35,472 nt of DNA from a virus, in the IMG/VR virus record IMGVR_UViG_3300028008_000050. One strand, 5' to 3'. The notes below the pieces were generated by a model that was not told where the DNA came from, did not search any database, and saw nothing but the letters and a program-made list of their open reading frames with translations. Both the position numbers and the translations under genes were made by a program. Positions 34,328 to 35,472 of the stretch are shown piece after piece (position 1 is the first letter of the stretch; each line of letters begins with the position of its first letter).

Positions 34328-34511
34328 TGGTGACTTTGCAGGGGCTTTAAGAAAGTTCAAAAAGAAAGTTGCATTAGAAGGTGTGTTGATCGAATACAAA
34401 GAAAAACAACACTATGAGAAGCCAAGTTTAAAGCGAAAGAAAGCCAAGGCGGCTGGACGAGCTAGACACTTGAAAGCGATGAGAGAACGTAATAAAGAAC
34501 TAGGATTTTAA
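34272..34511 (+). CDS. rpsU: Ribosomal protein bS21 homologue
   Basis: LKVEVRNGDFAGALRKFKKKVALEGVLIEYKEKQHYEKPSLKRKKAKAA matches bS21; TTG start with aaggag 9 nt upstream (34257-34262). Confidence 0.92.
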   Translation: MSKYSNDRPKTGLKVEVRNGDFAGALRKFKKKVALEGVLIEYKEKQHYEKPSLKRKKAKAAGRARHLKAMRERNKELGF

Positions 34512-34512
34512 T

Positions 34513-35115
34513 ATGAGTTTAAAAGCTGACCTTTGGTTTCCATCGATTGTATTTGCAGGTTATGTAGAATCAATTGATAGAGATTCATTAAAACAAATTG
34601 CTCTTGCATGGCAGGCAAAAGAACCTAACCTTGGTGGCAACAGTAATATGAATGGTTGGCATAGTCGCAGTATTGAGAACATTAATTTAGTTGATCCTAA
34701 CTATGTGTTTGCTCTTAATACGTTTGTAAAAGAACTAGATGCACAAGTAGATTACTGTCGCAAAACTATGGGACTACCTGAATTAGAATTCCAAAACTTC
34801 TGGATTAACATTAATGGTCCGGGAGCATATCATACATTACACAACCACCAAGATGCTATGTTGAGTGGTGTATTTTATATAGACGTTCCTGCAGAGAATA
34901 TGGGTGACTTACAATTTTTTAGAGGCGATGATGCACAGTATTATATTCCAGATAACTTTGATTCATATAATACAATAACAAGTACAATGGCAACGTATCC
35001 TCCAAAAGACGGAATGATAGTAATCTTTCCTAGCTGGGTCAAACATCAAGTTAAATCAAACCAAAGTGATTTGCAACGGATTGCAGTCTCTTTTAATTAC
35101 GGAGTTAAAAAGTGA
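34513..35115 (+). CDS. 2OG-Fe(II) oxygenase (2OG-FeII_Oxy_5 type)
   Basis: HTLHNHQDAMLSGVFYIDVPAENMGDLQFF...IVIFPSWVKHQVKSNQSDLQRIAVSFNY. Confidence 0.8.
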   Translation: MSLKADLWFPSIVFAGYVESIDRDSLKQIALAWQAKEPNLGGNSNMNGWHSRSIENINLVDPNYVFALNTFVKELDAQVDYCRKTMGLPELEFQNFWININGPGAYHTLHNHQDAMLSGVFYIDVPAENMGDLQFFRGDDAQYYIPDNFDSYNTITSTMATYPPKDGMIVIFPSWVKHQVKSNQSDLQRIAVSFNYGVKK

Positions 35116-35472
35116 GAATTGAACAAGACATTAAGTTAGACTATAAAGACGTACTGTTTAAACCTAAGAGATCAAAATTAGAAAGCAGACGTGATGTGGA
35201 TCTAACTCGTACATTTAGATTTCATCACGGTAATGAATGGACTGGTGTACCTATCATGTCAAGTAACATGGACGGTGTTGGTACATTTGAAATGGCCAAA
35301 GTATTACAAGAACACAAAATGCTTACTATTATGAGAAAGCATTACTCACTTGATGACTGGAAAGAACAGAGTCAAGGAGTGAAGATGAAGTATCTAAGTG
35401 TTTGCACAGGTACAGGAGTTATTTGGGATAAAGATGCAAAAGACTATGCTACTATGAAAGCAGTCTTAGAAA
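35112..35472 (+). CDS. guaC: GMP reductase, N-terminal part (truncated by window edge)
   Basis: Manual translation from GTG: (M)RIEQDIKLDYKDVLFKPKRSKLESRRDVDLTRTFRFHHGNEWTGVPIMSSNMDGVGTFEMAKVLQEHKMLTIMRKHYSLDDW matches GuaC; ggag SD. Confidence 0.9.
   Translation, partial: MRIEQDIKLDYKDVLFKPKRSKLESRRDVDLTRTFRFHHGNEWTGVPIMSSNMDGVGTFEMAKVLQEHKMLTIMRKHYSLDDWKEQSQGVKMKYLSVCTGTGVIWDKDAKDYATMKAVLE

Noticed and set aside
1-35472. CRISPR array, toxin-antitoxin or classical defence island
   Set aside because: No direct repeat-spacer pattern and no recognisable defence proteins were seen on either strand.
1-35472. Bacterial chromosomal fragment rather than phage
   Set aside because: The tail fibre, PAAR spike, dense overlapping hypothetical genes, late-promoter-like motifs, T4-like nrdA/nrdB cluster and compact tRNA set favour a myovirus genome.

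Overview
The window looks like about 35 kb of a low-GC marine T4-like myovirus genome. Its gene content and an alphaproteobacterial-type permuted tmRNA suggest a SAR11-like (pelagimyophage-like) host; this assignment is inference, not a database result. Recognisable genes: the prs C-terminus, an HNH endonuclease, a PiT-like phosphate permease, a SpeD-like protein, a class 3 lipase, an iscU/nifU scaffold, a stand-alone class II aminoacyl-tRNA-synthetase-like protein, a pol-beta-like nucleotidyltransferase next to a KxDG ligase-like protein, tandem basic paralogues, a RecB-like nuclease, a beta-helix tail fibre, nrdA/nrdB/glutaredoxin, a PAAR+M15 peptidase protein, an outer-membrane porin, a cold-shock protein, a Rieske-type oxygenase without Rieske ligands, three lipoproteins, ribosomal protein bS21, four 2OG-oxygenase-like proteins and a partial guaC. 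RNA genes: four minus-strand tRNAs with encoded CCA and a two-piece (permuted) tmRNA. Best candidates for something new: (1) an AsnRS/AsnA-like catalytic-core gene 6 nt upstream of a long-variable-arm tRNA with a GUU (Asn) anticodon; (2) a textbook -1 frameshift cassette (A_AAA_AAG, 6-nt spacer, hairpin) at 13760-13796 that would add about 120 aa; (3) the Rieske-less oxygenase; (4) the phage porin; (5) the NTase/ligase-like pair; (6) the permuted tmRNA; (7) a candidate ncRNA between iscU and tRNA-Trp; (8) two codon-usage islands in nrdA.
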